A stretch of DNA of 32,000 bases from Synechocystis sp. PCC 6803 substr. PCC-P (GCF_000284455.1 NC_017039.1:930001-962000); one strand, 5' to 3'. Shown: positions 19,652 through 30,410, numbered from the stretch's first letter. The notes: generated by a model not told the origin, from the sequence alone. Program-made: numbers and translations.

Positions 19652-20791
19652 CTAGGCTTGGGCGATCGCCAAAATTTGGGCGGCAACGCGATCCCAGGTG
19701 TGGTGTTTAAGCACGAAGTCACGGGCCGCCAGACCTAACTGTTGCCGTTGCTGGGGCGATCGCCAGAGACGTTCGAGGGCCTGGGCCAGGGCTGTCGGTT
19801 CCCCCGGTAGACACAAAATCCCCGTCACCCCATCGTCAATAATGTCCTTCACTTGACCGATGCAACTAGCCACTATGGGTAACCCGGCCGCCATATATTC
19901 CACCACTTTCAGAGGCGAAAAATAAAAATCTTCACTGGCGGGATAGGGGGCCACGGCAACGCTCATTTGACTTAACCAGTGGGGGACTTGCTCTGGAGGG
20001 ACTGTACCGGTCCACTGTACTTGGGTAGTTAAATTGCGCTGGGAGATCGCTCGTTCAAGGACTTGCCGTTGGGGGCCATCACCGACAATCAACAGACGAG
20101 CTTCCGGGACAGTTCGTCGCAGTTGGGCAAAGGCTTCAATCAGGTAATCCAGGCCATGCCAGGGCTTAAGGGAACTAACAAAACCCACAGTGAAGAGTTC
20201 TGTCTGAGATGGTTTGGACAGACCGGCAAAACGAGCTGGGTTTATCCCATTAGGCATGACAAAAAGGCGATCGCCAGAAACCCATTGTTGCAAATAGGAT
20301 TTAACCTCTTGGGACACTGCGATTAAAGCTGTTGCTTTCCCAAAGACTATTTCGGCCACCTGCAAAGCCAAATCCCGGTCTAGTAAAACCCGGTGTGTGG
20401 CTTGCTCTTCAATTAAGGGTGCATTCACTTCTAAAATGCCAGGAATCTGACAGTTTCGGGCAAAGGTCATTCCCGCATGACTCCAGAGGGAATAACGTTC
20501 ATAAACAAGATCATAGGGAGCTGCCTGGGTTAATAAATTTTGCAACGTCTGATTTTGTTGAAATAAGCCCTGTTCCCGCATTGCTAAATCTCCTTTGGGC
20601 ACCTTGGGCAGGCAGTGAACGGGTAAATCGACTAAATCCTTGGGCGGTTCCCCCCCCAGCTTTGCCGCAAACAGGGTCACCGTTGCCCCCTGGTTCTGAA
20701 AAGCGCGGATAATCTCTTGCACATGGATTGAGGCACCTTTACAACCAAAGACTGGAATGCCGGGATCGACACAGATGTAAGCAATCTTCAT
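19652..20791 (-). CDS. GT4-type glycosyltransferase
   Basis: 379 aa; VGFVSSLKPWHGLDYLIEAF, EASARLLIVGDGPQR-type segment, KVVEYMAAGLPIVAS. Confidence 0.9.
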   Translation of the reverse strand: MKIAYICVDPGIPVFGCKGASIHVQEIIRAFQNQGATVTLFAAKLGGEPPKDLVDLPVHCLPKVPKGDLAMREQGLFQQNQTLQNLLTQAAPYDLVYERYSLWSHAGMTFARNCQIPGILEVNAPLIEEQATHRVLLDRDLALQVAEIVFGKATALIAVSQEVKSYLQQWVSGDRLFVMPNGINPARFAGLSKPSQTELFTVGFVSSLKPWHGLDYLIEAFAQLRRTVPEARLLIVGDGPQRQVLERAISQRNLTTQVQWTGTVPPEQVPHWLSQMSVAVAPYPASEDFYFSPLKVVEYMAAGLPIVASCIGQVKDIIDDGVTGILCLPGEPTALAQALERLWRSPQQRQQLGLAARDFVLKHHTWDRVAAQILAIAQA

Positions 20792-22029
20792 CGTTTGGCC
20801 TCCCCTAAATGAAATAAGTCACGGAGTTGGGCGCTATTGCGTCGCAGGTCAAAAGCCTGTTCTAATCGTTGGCGGGCCTGCTGGGCGTAACGATGACGTA
20901 AATCTGCTTGGTTCAAGATGGTTTGGAGCGCTTTGGCTAACTGTTCCGGGTCATTTTGGGCCACCAGCAATCCCGTTTCCTGGTGCTGAATAATTTCGGG
21001 AATGCCCGTCACATCCGTTGCCACACAGGGAGTACCCAAGGCGATCGCCTCTAACAAAACTGTGGGTAAACCATCCCGATTGCCATCCCGGCCAACAATG
21101 TAGGGGGCGGCAAACACCTTTGCCCGTTTTAGGAGTTGAAACACTTCCCCCTGGGGTTTGGGGCCAGTGATCTCCACCCAAGGCTCTAGCTGATGCTGGA
21201 CAATTTGCGATCGCAATGTCGCTTCCAAGGAACCAGCACCGACGATCTGACAACGGAACTCACAATCCCAACGGCGCAAGAGATCGCAGGCGCTGATTAG
21301 ATAAGTCAAGCCTTTTTTTTCTACTAGGCGTGACACAGAGATAATTAACGGCGGTTCACAATTTTCCGACCGGGGTTGGTAGGGCAATTCTGTTAAATCC
21401 ATGCCGTTGTAAATACGCTGTACTTTGCTGGCCGCTTCCCCGTACTGCTGTTGTAAATAGGTACGGTTATAGTCGCTAACGGTCACCACCTCGCAGGCAG
21501 CTTGGAGTTTGCGGGCAAAATCCGCCGGATCAACGCTCTCATGGAAAATATCCTTGGCATGGGCCGTAAAACTGTAGGGCACCCCAGCAAAATGGGCCGC
21601 TAAGCGAGTAACACTGGTGGCAACGCTGGCAAAATGGGCATGGAGATGGGTAATTCCTTGGTGACGGACGGCTTGGGCGAGCCAGAGGGCTTGGTAAACA
21701 ACACTAGAGCGTTCTCCGGCGGCGTAGGCTAACTTTCTCCAGATGTCGGGAATTACAACCGCAGTGGCTTGCATTTCCGCCCAGAGGTAACTGGCCGCAG
21801 TGGGATTTTGCCCTAATAAATTTGGGTGCGATCGCCCTTGGCTGGGTTTTTGGATACAGGTAACGGGGGCCTTCACCCGGGCAATTTTGTCTTGGAAATA
21901 GCTATCTACCGGAGGACGGAGGGCAAAAATTTTGATGTCTAAACCCGCTGCTTCGTGGGCAAGAATTTCATTAACAATGAACGTTTCCGAATAACGGGGA
22001 TAGCGTTTAACAACGTAGGCGATGGCCAT
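20788..22029 (-). CDS. GT4-type glycosyltransferase
   Basis: 413 aa; ISVSRLVEKKGLTYLISAC, DGLPTVLLEAIALGTPCVATDVTGIPEII. Confidence 0.92.
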   Translation of the reverse strand: MAIAYVVKRYPRYSETFIVNEILAHEAAGLDIKIFALRPPVDSYFQDKIARVKAPVTCIQKPSQGRSHPNLLGQNPTAASYLWAEMQATAVVIPDIWRKLAYAAGERSSVVYQALWLAQAVRHQGITHLHAHFASVATSVTRLAAHFAGVPYSFTAHAKDIFHESVDPADFARKLQAACEVVTVSDYNRTYLQQQYGEAASKVQRIYNGMDLTELPYQPRSENCEPPLIISVSRLVEKKGLTYLISACDLLRRWDCEFRCQIVGAGSLEATLRSQIVQHQLEPWVEITGPKPQGEVFQLLKRAKVFAAPYIVGRDGNRDGLPTVLLEAIALGTPCVATDVTGIPEIIQHQETGLLVAQNDPEQLAKALQTILNQADLRHRYAQQARQRLEQAFDLRRNSAQLRDLFHLGEAKR

Positions 22030-22051
22030 GGAAAATTTACAACGGAATTGA

Positions 22052-23353
22052 CTAGCAGGCTTGGGACATAAAACAGTTACGGGTGCTGAGCAATTGACCC
22101 AGAACGAGGGGAAGTTGTTGGGTGGCCCGGAGATTTAGAACTGGTTTGTTATATTGGTTGGTCGGCGCAGAGTGGAGCCAAGCTGTCAAATTTTGGGCAT
22201 TTACCTGATCGGGATGAAGCACATCTACCAGCCCCAGTTGTTTTAAACGGGTGGCCCTCAGCCATTGTTCTTGGCGGGGTTTAATGCGGGGAATAATCAG
22301 CGCTGGTTTTTGGAAGGACAGAATTTCGCAGGTGGTGTTGTAGCCCCCCATCGTGATTACCCGTTCCGCCGCCCACATCAACATGGTCGGTTCAGAAAAA
22401 TAGGGCAGGATAGTGAGGTCAGGATTATTCTGGGCACTGACCTTTAACTTTTGCCGTACAGACTCCGGCATAAACGGCCCGGTGAGCAGTACCCCCGGCA
22501 GGTCGGCAGTGAAGGGAATTTGGGCAAAGGCGATCGCCAGGGTTTCCCCATCCTGACCTCCTCCCACAGCACCGAGGATGAACCGGGATGGTAATTTCCA
22601 GTTACTTAACGTTTCTTGCCAAGGTTTAGTTAGATGTTGGAGGCGATCGCCCTGATGGAAATAGCCAAGGGGCCGCATTTTCGCCGTCACATCGGGGGCA
22701 AAACCATACTCATGTCGTAGGTCATAAACTTGCGGGTCACCATAAACCCAGACGGCATCGTAATAGCGACGAATAGCCCTTTCATTATCTGCTTGCCCCC
22801 AATCCCGCTGCACAGTCCCCGGTTGATCCAAAATATCCCTTAAGCCAAGTACACAAAGGCTTTCTGGTCGTTGTCGCAGATATTTCAAACTGGGGTCCAG
22901 TTCCCGTTCCACTCCCCGGGGCACATTGTCCACCATCAGCACATCCGGCTGAAATTGCTGAATTGTTTTTAGAATTAACTGCGATCGCCAAGCGATCAAT
23001 TTCTCCAAAGGCAGATCCAGATCCCGGCCAGAGTAGGAACCATCGCCATTTTTTCGCAGACTGGGCAAATTCACATAGTTAATACCCGCAGCAGTTAGGG
23101 CTTCATTTCCTTCTTCAATGCCGGTAATTACCAAAATTTCAACGGGTAATCTAGACTTTTGTAACGTTTGGGCAATGAGTAAATTACGGCGCTTATGCCC
23201 CAACCCCATGGTGTCGTGGGAATACAAGACAATGCGATAGCAATGGGAAGCCTTAGCCCTATGGCCCAATCCACCGGACTTTTTTAACGCCAATTTTTTC
23301 GGCGATCGCCGGGGGAAATGTTGTCGTAGTCGGGGTGATTGAATGGAGTGCAT
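22052..23353 (-). CDS. Predicted glycosyltransferase (GT28/MurG-like, GT-B fold)
   Basis: 433 aa; SHDTMGLGHKRRNLLIAQTL near the N-terminus, GAVGGGQDG and ERVITMGGYNTTCEILSFQKPALIIPR near the C-terminus. Confidence 0.8.
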   Translation of the reverse strand: MHSIQSPRLRQHFPRRSPKKLALKKSGGLGHRAKASHCYRIVLYSHDTMGLGHKRRNLLIAQTLQKSRLPVEILVITGIEEGNEALTAAGINYVNLPSLRKNGDGSYSGRDLDLPLEKLIAWRSQLILKTIQQFQPDVLMVDNVPRGVERELDPSLKYLRQRPESLCVLGLRDILDQPGTVQRDWGQADNERAIRRYYDAVWVYGDPQVYDLRHEYGFAPDVTAKMRPLGYFHQGDRLQHLTKPWQETLSNWKLPSRFILGAVGGGQDGETLAIAFAQIPFTADLPGVLLTGPFMPESVRQKLKVSAQNNPDLTILPYFSEPTMLMWAAERVITMGGYNTTCEILSFQKPALIIPRIKPRQEQWLRATRLKQLGLVDVLHPDQVNAQNLTAWLHSAPTNQYNKPVLNLRATQQLPLVLGQLLSTRNCFMSQAC

Positions 23354-24006
23354 GGGAAAATGTTGGCTGTTCCAAATTTAAAGTTGTTGATAGTAATATC
23401 AAGTTGGTCAGCCTCGGTTGTGTTTCGATAGTGCTCCACTGTTCTAAATTTGCAGTAAGATTTCAATAAAAATTCTCTATCTCTCTTACGTTAATCTAGG
23501 TGGAAGGATAATAAATTCTATGCTGTCCATTAAGCATAAATAATCAGTACTAGACACATTGATATTTGGCACTAGTTCCCATAGTTCAAACCTCGCTAGA
23601 AAAGAGCAGATAATCTTGGCGGTAATGTAATCGCGGCACCACCACCATAGATCCTTCTGCTAATTTGCTGACAAAAATATGTTCAAATAGGACTCTACTT
23701 TATCCTCAGATTCCATTGGACAACTTTTAGTTTGTCCACTAGATCAGATAATATTGAGGGGCTTTTACTTAGTTTCGTCTCAATGTTGGTAGAGGACAGA
23801 GCTGCTTTTCAACAACAACCGAAAATAATTAGAAAATTAACTACGATCAATTGCCGATCTATCTTAATGCTTCCATTTGCCCCAAAATACTGTTTCCATG
23901 GGAGTTTAGACTATGACTAACAAAACACTGCTTGGTTAGAGTCAGATCCCCCAAGTGGCCACCAAGCTCTAATCTAAATTCTTGCTAGAGTTGAGAAAAC
24001 ATCCCC

Positions 24007-24711
24007 ATGGCCAATATCCTCTTAGTGGACGATGAAAACGCCTTAACGGAACCCTTGAGCAAAGCCCTAGGGCACCAGGGCCATACCATTGACGTGGCTG
24101 ACCAAGGAAAAACAGGACTAGCCATGGCGATCGCCGGTCAATATGACTTGTTAATCCTTGATTGGATGTTGCCCCAAGTATCAGGGTTGGAGATTTGTCG
24201 TCAAATTAGGATTCTGGGTCACTCAACGCCGGTTTTATTTCTCACTGCCAAAGATACCCTTGATGACCGAGTGGCGGGCTTAGATGCCGGTGGAGATGAC
24301 TATTTAATTAAGCCCTTTGAACTACGGGAGCTTTTAGCCCGGGTGCGGGCCCTACTGCGGCGACAAAGCCACGGAGAAACCATCACGGAAACCCTGGGTG
24401 CAGTCAAAAATAATTTGCTCAGCGTCAACAACGTTAGCCTAGATGTGGCCAATCAGGTGGCCTATTGCCAGGGTCAACGCATTGCCCTTTCGGAAAAGGA
24501 AGTGGCGCTGTTAACCCTATTCTTACAAGCTCCCGGACAAATTCTCAGTCACGAAGAGATCTATTCCCACCTTTGGCCCGGCGAAAGCCCCCCCAGTAGT
24601 AACGTGCTGGCGGCCCTGGTGCGATTACTGCGGCGCAAAATTGAACAGCCCAATGCCCCCCGCCTGATTAATTCCGTTTACGGCAAGGGGTACTGTTTTG
24701 AGGCCAATTAG
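24007..24711 (+). CDS. manR: OmpR/PhoB-family response regulator (ManR, Mn2+ response)
   Basis: 234 aa; receiver motifs [25 protein letters not shown] and C-terminal winged helix. The ManR name rests on recognised synteny (slr1837). Confidence 0.85.
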   Translation: MANILLVDDENALTEPLSKALGHQGHTIDVADQGKTGLAMAIAGQYDLLILDWMLPQVSGLEICRQIRILGHSTPVLFLTAKDTLDDRVAGLDAGGDDYLIKPFELRELLARVRALLRRQSHGETITETLGAVKNNLLSVNNVSLDVANQVAYCQGQRIALSEKEVALLTLFLQAPGQILSHEEIYSHLWPGESPPSSNVLAALVRLLRRKIEQPNAPRLINSVYGKGYCFEAN

Positions 24712-25682
24712 CCGATGATCGCCTTAACTGCGTCCACAATTTGGGGCGGTTGCACAATGGTCAGTCGTTCCAACATACCGTTGTAGGGAGTGGGAATATC
24801 TTGGGAAGAAAGGCGCACCACCGGCCCATCTAACTCATCAAAGAGATGATCATTGATTAGGGCAATGAGCTCAGCGCCGATGCCTCCGGTTTTCATACAT
24901 TCTTCGACAATAATGACCCGATGGGTTTTCTTCACCGAAGCGCTGATGGTTTCCATGTCAAAAGGCTTGAGGGAAATCAAATCAATAATTTCCGGGTCGT
25001 AGCCTTCTTTTTCCAAAGTTTTTAGTGCCTGTAAACAATGGTGACGCATGCGGGAATAGGTCAAAATAGTGACATCCTTACCGGGGCGCACCACTTCGGC
25101 TTTATCCAGAGGCACAATATATTCGTAGTCGGGTAAGTTTTCTTTCAAGTTGTACAAAAGTACGTGCTCAAAAAATAACACTGGGTTATTATCCCGAATG
25201 GCTGCTTTGAGCAATCCCTTGGCGTTATAGGGGGTGGAGCAAGCCACAATTTTTAACCCCGGCACCGCATGGAAATAGGCCTCCAACCGTTGGGAATGTT
25301 CTGCCCCTAATTGCCGACCTACGCCCCCAGGACCACGGATAACCATGGGAATTTGGTAATTGCCGCCGGAGGTATAGCGCAACATCCCCGCATTATTGGC
25401 AATTTGGTTAAACGCCAGCAGAAGAAAACCCATATTCATGCCTTCAATGACTGGGCGCAATCCTGTCATGGCCGCCCCCACCGCCATGCCGGTAAAACTG
25501 TTTTCGGCGATGGGCGTATCCAGCACCCGCATTTCGCCATACTTCTCGTACAAATCCTTGGTTACCTTATAGGAACCGCCATAGAGTCCCACATCTTCTC
25601 CCAGCACAAGGACGTTGACATCCCGTCCCATTTCTTCGTCAAGGGCTTGGCGTAGGGCGGCAAACAGTAGGGTCTCAGCCAT
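24708..25682 (-). CDS. pdhB: Pyruvate dehydrogenase E1 component beta subunit
   Basis: 324 aa; [60 protein letters not shown]. Confidence 0.95.
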   Translation of the reverse strand: MAETLLFAALRQALDEEMGRDVNVLVLGEDVGLYGGSYKVTKDLYEKYGEMRVLDTPIAENSFTGMAVGAAMTGLRPVIEGMNMGFLLLAFNQIANNAGMLRYTSGGNYQIPMVIRGPGGVGRQLGAEHSQRLEAYFHAVPGLKIVACSTPYNAKGLLKAAIRDNNPVLFFEHVLLYNLKENLPDYEYIVPLDKAEVVRPGKDVTILTYSRMRHHCLQALKTLEKEGYDPEIIDLISLKPFDMETISASVKKTHRVIIVEECMKTGGIGAELIALINDHLFDELDGPVVRLSSQDIPTPYNGMLERLTIVQPPQIVDAVKAIIG

Positions 25683-26059
25683 GATTTCTGGGGGAAAACT
25701 TAGTTTTTAATAACAATTTAGACCGCCGCCGCATCTCTCCTTGTTGGTCCGGTGTAGGCAAACCAAGCAAGGGCGATCGGGGCACAACAATCTAGTATTT
25801 TGACACACTGGCTGGCCACCATAGCGGAGATTTTAGTCAGGGGACAAGGGTGGATGTCGATTAGGGCACAAAGGCGAAGGCTATTTATGGTTTTTTAGAC
25901 TGGTCCAAGCAACTAATTACCGTGGTCAACAGCACTAGGACCTTGCAGCTTGATTTGCCCGTGCCATGTTTTTGATAGGATAAAAAGCTAGCTAAGTTGT
26001 AATCTTCGCTTGCTTAGTCCGATTGACTGTTTCCATCCGTTTCCCTAGAGGAATTTTCC

Positions 26060-26371
26060 ATGCCCCAGGCCGTTGGCGTGATACAGACCCTTGGCTTTCC
26101 CTCCGTTTTGGCCGCTGCCGATGCCATGCTCAAGGGCGGTAGGGTGACCCTGGTGTACTATGACTTGGCCGAGAGGGGGAATTTTGTGGTGGCGATACGG
26201 GGCCCAGTATCAGAGGTGAATCTGTCAATGAAGATGGGTCTAGCGGCGGTCAATGAGTCTGTTATGGGGGGAGAAATTGTCAGCCACTATATTGTGCCCA
26301 ATCCACCCGAAAATGTACTGGCAGTTTTGCCGGTGGAATACACAGAAAAAGTCGCTCGCTTCCGCACCTGA
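26060..26371 (+). CDS. ccmK3: Carboxysome shell hexamer protein CcmK3 (BMC domain)
   Basis: 103 aa; single BMC domain (QTLGFPSVLAAADAMLKGGRVTLVYYD...HYIVPNPPENVLAVLP), first of a tandem ccmK pair. Confidence 0.93.
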   Translation: MPQAVGVIQTLGFPSVLAAADAMLKGGRVTLVYYDLAERGNFVVAIRGPVSEVNLSMKMGLAAVNESVMGGEIVSHYIVPNPPENVLAVLPVEYTEKVARFRT

Positions 26372-26529
26372 GGTAGACTTTCCCGCCCTCGTAGTCCGAT
26401 GTACACCACTTAGCCTATAGTTGACCATGGGATTCTTGCTAATTCCCACCCCGACTAGTCGTTAAGTCGAAGGTTTGGGTTTTATTTATCTGTCCTTTAG
26501 TTTTTGCCGCCACTGTCAAGGAGAACAAT

Positions 26530-26868
26530 ATGTCCGCCCAATCCGCCGTCGGTTCCATTGAAACCATTGGTTTTCCCGGTATTCTTGCCGCTGCTGATGC
26601 CATGGTTAAGGCCGGTAGGATTACCATTGTGGGCTATATTCGGGCGGGGAGTGCTCGCTTCACCCTTAATATTCGTGGGGATGTGCAGGAAGTGAAAACT
26701 GCCATGGCTGCTGGTATTGATGCCATTAACCGAACTGAAGGGGCAGACGTGAAAACCTGGGTGATTATTCCCCGACCCCATGAAAACGTAGTGGCAGTTC
26801 TGCCCATCGATTTTAGTCCTGAAGTGGAGCCTTTCCGGGAAGCAGCAGAAGGTTTAAATCGTCGTTAA
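26530..26868 (+). CDS. ccmK4: Carboxysome shell hexamer protein CcmK4 (BMC domain)
   Basis: 112 aa; BMC domain (ETIGFPGILAAADAMVKAGRITIVGYI...VIIPRPHENVVAVLP). Confidence 0.94.
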   Translation: MSAQSAVGSIETIGFPGILAAADAMVKAGRITIVGYIRAGSARFTLNIRGDVQEVKTAMAAGIDAINRTEGADVKTWVIIPRPHENVVAVLPIDFSPEVEPFREAAEGLNRR

Positions 26869-26927
26869 TTTTTTTGTTGGGAAACTGAGAGGCATAGACG
26901 AGATAAGGTGGGTTACTGAATTCCCCA

Positions 26928-28043
26928 ATGCGTCAAATTTTGATTGCACCAGACTCTTTTAAGGGGACTCTTTCCGCTGGTGAGGTTTGCCAGATTGCTC
27001 TAGATGTTTTAGCGCCGGAATTTGACTGTGTTGCCCATCCCCTAGCCGACGGCGGTGAAGGAACCCTAGAGGCGATCGCCAACAATCTCGACGGCCAATG
27101 GCAGACAGTGAGAGTACAGGGGCCATTACCGGATCAAACGGTTGATGCTTGTTATTTATGGTTACCCCAAGAGGAGACAGCAGTCATTGAAATGGCCCGA
27201 GCCAGCGGTTTGCCTCTGGTACCCGTCGGGGAACATAATCCGGAAATTGCTACCAGCTACGGCACAGGGGAATTAATCACCCACGCTGCCCGACGGGGAG
27301 CAAAACAAATTCAATTGGCGATCGGCGGCTCTGCTACCAATGACGCAGGTTTAGGTTTACTAATGGCATTGGGTTGGCAGTTCTTAGATTCTCAAGGTCA
27401 GTCCGTCGGTTGGGGAGGGCAAGCCCTGGGTAAAGTTGCCGAAATTATTCCTCCAGTCTTAAATGCTTTTCCTCAGGTAACCGTTTTATGCGATGTGACC
27501 AATCCTTTTTATGGTGCTAATGGGGCTGCCCAGGTCTATGCTCCGCAAAAAGGGGCAGATCCAGCTATGGTTCAACGCTTGGATCAGGGTTTGCGTCATT
27601 TTGCCCGAGTAGTACGGGAGTTTGATGGCTTTGAAATCAATTTTCCTCGGGCCGGGGCCGCTGGGGGAATGGGAGGGGGCGTGGCCTGGGCATTGGAGAC
27701 AAAGATAGAATCAGGTTTTACGGCGATCGCCAAATTGACCCAGTTGGAACAGGCCATGGCTGGATGCGATCTAGTGATTACCGGAGAAGGTTGCTTCGAT
27801 CATCAATCCCCACAGGGTAAGGTGGTGGGAGGTGTTCTTGAGCTAGCGAAAAAAATCAATAAACCGGCGATCATCGTAGCGGGACAATGCCAATTAAGTC
27901 AGACAGTTTTACCTAACGTGCTCAAAATTTTTAGCCTAGTGGGGCCGGATATGCCCCTAGAAAAAGCTTTACAACATCCTCAAACAGCCCTGAAAAAAAG
28001 ATTGGTTCAAGTGAAACAATACTTAATCCAAAGTCAAAACTGA
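26928..28043 (+). CDS. Glycerate kinase
   Basis: 371 aa; IAPDSFKGTLSAGEVCQ, HPLADGGEGTLEAI, AIGGSATNDAGLGLL, VITGEGCFDHQSPQGK motifs of the glycerate kinase family. Confidence 0.93.
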   Translation: MRQILIAPDSFKGTLSAGEVCQIALDVLAPEFDCVAHPLADGGEGTLEAIANNLDGQWQTVRVQGPLPDQTVDACYLWLPQEETAVIEMARASGLPLVPVGEHNPEIATSYGTGELITHAARRGAKQIQLAIGGSATNDAGLGLLMALGWQFLDSQGQSVGWGGQALGKVAEIIPPVLNAFPQVTVLCDVTNPFYGANGAAQVYAPQKGADPAMVQRLDQGLRHFARVVREFDGFEINFPRAGAAGGMGGGVAWALETKIESGFTAIAKLTQLEQAMAGCDLVITGEGCFDHQSPQGKVVGGVLELAKKINKPAIIVAGQCQLSQTVLPNVLKIFSLVGPDMPLEKALQHPQTALKKRLVQVKQYLIQSQN

Positions 28044-28391
28044 GTTCAGACAAATGCTCCATCATTACGCCGGGAACTATGGCCGGCCTAAAAACTGGCC
28101 CTGCCCCTAGCCATCACCAAAATAGCAACTATAATCTGTTATTAACCATCAACATCATCGTTCCGTGAGCAGAAGCTGTAGGCGGTTTTTCTTTACCAAC
28201 ACTGATTGTGGTCCTGGCTCCCTGAGCTAGCCCGCAAAACAGACCAATGGCCTTGCTTAGCCTAGCATCTACCATGAATCTAAAGAAAATTGTCAACTTC
28301 TCCCACTCTTTCGAAAAAAACGTGTACAATGTGTTACTGAGTATAGGACTTGGTTCCCGTAGTCATTATTAGGTGTGAGGAAAAGCTAAAA

Positions 28392-30284
28392 ATGCTTAAA
28401 CTATCTTGGAAGTCCCTGTTAGTGAGCCCTGCTGTGATCGGTGCCGCCCTTGTGGCTGGTGCTGCTAGTGCTGCTCCCGACAACGTTACGAATGCTCAAG
28501 TTTTAGACCAATTAGACCAATACACTGCCGAAGGTCAGTCTTCTGCCATTGATCAAGTAACCAGCGTTAGCGAACTCCGCGATGTGCAACCCACTGCCTG
28601 GGCCTATGAAGCGCTCAAGAGCTTGGTGGAACGCTACGGTTGTATCGTTGGTTACCCTGACCGTACCTTCCGTGGTGATCGAGCCCTCAGCCGTTGGGAA
28701 TTTGCCGCTGGTCTTAACGCCTGTATGAACGTTATGGAACGTTTGATTCAGGAAAACGTGGCTGTTCTCCGGGAGGACATCGACAAACTGAAACGCCTCA
28801 TGCAGGAATTCGAGGCAGAATTGGCTGCTTTGGGTGCTCGGGTTGATAACCTCGAAGCCCGCACCTCTTTCCTCGAAGACCATCAGTTTTCTACCACCAC
28901 CAAATTGACCGGGGAAGTAATATTTGCTCCCACCGCCATTTTTGGTACCAAAAAGACTCTCAACAACCAAACCGATAACAACCAAGCGGTATTCCAGAAC
29001 CGGGTTCGTTTACAGTTCAACACCAGCTTCTCCGGTGAAGACCTGTTGGTCACTCGTCTCGCCGCTGGTAACGGTAATCGCTTCAAGAGCTTCTATCCTA
29101 CTCAGAATGTTATTGATCCCGAGACCGGTAACCCCATCGGTATTGTAGGTGACTACTATGAAAGCCCCACCTTTACCCAGGTGCACCAGCTTTCCCCCGG
29201 CGACAACAACAACGTAGCCGTTGACTGGTTAGCTTACTATGTTCCCTTGGATCTGGGCGAAAACTTCCGTCTCAACAACTACATTGCTGCTTGGGGCGGT
29301 ATCTGGGATGACTTCGTTCCTACCCTGAACCCCTATTTCGACGACTACACTGGCGGCAAAGGTTCCTTGAGTCAGTTCACCGCCCAGAACCCCATCTACT
29401 CCATTGGTGGCGGTACTGGTATAGGTACAAGCCTAGAGTTGGGCTTCCTCAGCAATCTGTTGGGCCCCACTTCCTTGAGCTTGGGTTACTTGGCTAGCAC
29501 GGGCAACAACCCCAGCAGTGGTGGTTCTGTTACTAACCCTGCCACTGGCAACAATTATGACTTCAGCAGCGGTGGTAACGGTTTGTTTAACGGTGGCTAT
29601 AGCGCCTTGGCTCAAATTACCACCAACATTTTCGACCGGGTTAGCCTAGGCTTCACCTACGTTAATGCCTACACCACCCCTGATGCCGCTATCTTCGGTA
29701 AAGGTGGCACTCAAGGTATCGTCGGTACCACTGCGGCTAACCTCAACCGTTCTGAGTTGAATGATGACTTTGTGAACGGTTTGGGTGTAGGTGCTCCTCC
29801 TGTGGATGCAGCTACCTACAACAATAATGTGAGCGGCGGTAGCACATCTGGCAACGTTATCAACCCCTATGACTTTGGTGGCAAGCAAACCAACAGCTAT
29901 GGCGTCCAAATGGCTTGGAACATTGCCGATTGGCTGAGCTTCAGTGCCTATGGTAGCTACACCAATGTTACTTTGATTGGTAAAGACAATGGTGATATCT
30001 GGACCTACGGTGGAGGCTTTGCCTTCCCCGACCTTGGTAAAGAAGGTAACGTTCTTGGCATCTTTGCTGGTGTTCAACCCTATGTTTCCGGTTTCACCAA
30101 CAATACTTTGGGAACCACCTTTGTAACCACTGCTAACCCTCTGCAAGTTGAATTGTTCTACAAATATCAACTCACCGACAACCTTTCTATAACTCCTGGT
30201 GTGATCTGGATCTCCAAGCCTGAACAGACCACCAACGCCACCGACGCCTTCATCGGCACCGTCCGTGGTACCTTCACTTTCTAA
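28392..30284 (+). CDS. Outer membrane porin with N-terminal SLH domain and OprB-like barrel
   Basis: Signal peptide-like MLKLSWKSLLVSPAVIGAALVAGAASAAP, SLH motif YGCIVGYPDRTFRGDRALSRWEFAAGLNACM, aromatic C-terminal Phe (RGTFTF). ORF track start 28350 is an alternative codon; ATG at 28392 is preferred. Confidence 0.92.
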   Translation: MLKLSWKSLLVSPAVIGAALVAGAASAAPDNVTNAQVLDQLDQYTAEGQSSAIDQVTSVSELRDVQPTAWAYEALKSLVERYGCIVGYPDRTFRGDRALSRWEFAAGLNACMNVMERLIQENVAVLREDIDKLKRLMQEFEAELAALGARVDNLEARTSFLEDHQFSTTTKLTGEVIFAPTAIFGTKKTLNNQTDNNQAVFQNRVRLQFNTSFSGEDLLVTRLAAGNGNRFKSFYPTQNVIDPETGNPIGIVGDYYESPTFTQVHQLSPGDNNNVAVDWLAYYVPLDLGENFRLNNYIAAWGGIWDDFVPTLNPYFDDYTGGKGSLSQFTAQNPIYSIGGGTGIGTSLELGFLSNLLGPTSLSLGYLASTGNNPSSGGSVTNPATGNNYDFSSGGNGLFNGGYSALAQITTNIFDRVSLGFTYVNAYTTPDAAIFGKGGTQGIVGTTAANLNRSELNDDFVNGLGVGAPPVDAATYNNNVSGGSTSGNVINPYDFGGKQTNSYGVQMAWNIADWLSFSAYGSYTNVTLIGKDNGDIWTYGGGFAFPDLGKEGNVLGIFAGVQPYVSGFTNNTLGTTFVTTANPLQVELFYKYQLTDNLSITPGVIWISKPEQTTNATDAFIGTVRGTFTF

Positions 30285-30340
30285 GCCTGAGTCCGTCTTC
30301 TTAAGACACTTGTTTGAAAGTTAAACTCTAATAACTCTTT

Positions 30341-30365
30341 AACCCCGCCTCTGGTGGGGTTTTTC
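30341..30365 (+). terminator. Rho-independent terminator-like hairpin after the porin gene
   Basis: AACCCCGCC-TCT-GGTGGGGTT followed by TTTC; 9-bp stem with one G.T pair, 3-nt loop. Confidence 0.8.
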
Positions 30366-30410
30366 GTTGTAAGATGCAGGCAGATTTCCCTTCTTGGTGG
30401 GCCCTTACCT

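Noticed and set aside
23732-23920. 62-aa ORF and other short ORFs in the 653-bp spacer between the glycosyltransferase cluster and manR
   Set aside because: Starts at a non-ATG codon, no recognisable family, no clear ribosome binding site; the AT-rich spacer is better regarded as non-coding.
28325-28330. TACAAT as a -10 element for the porin gene
   Set aside because: A plausible -10 exists, but no -35 at appropriate spacing (TTGTCA is about 29 nt away), so I do not call a promoter.
28883-30170. ORFs on the minus strand of the porin gene (including 174 aa at 29646..30170)
   Set aside because: Threonine/valine-rich translations expected from the antisense of a Gly/Asn/Thr-rich barrel; porin assignment is secure.
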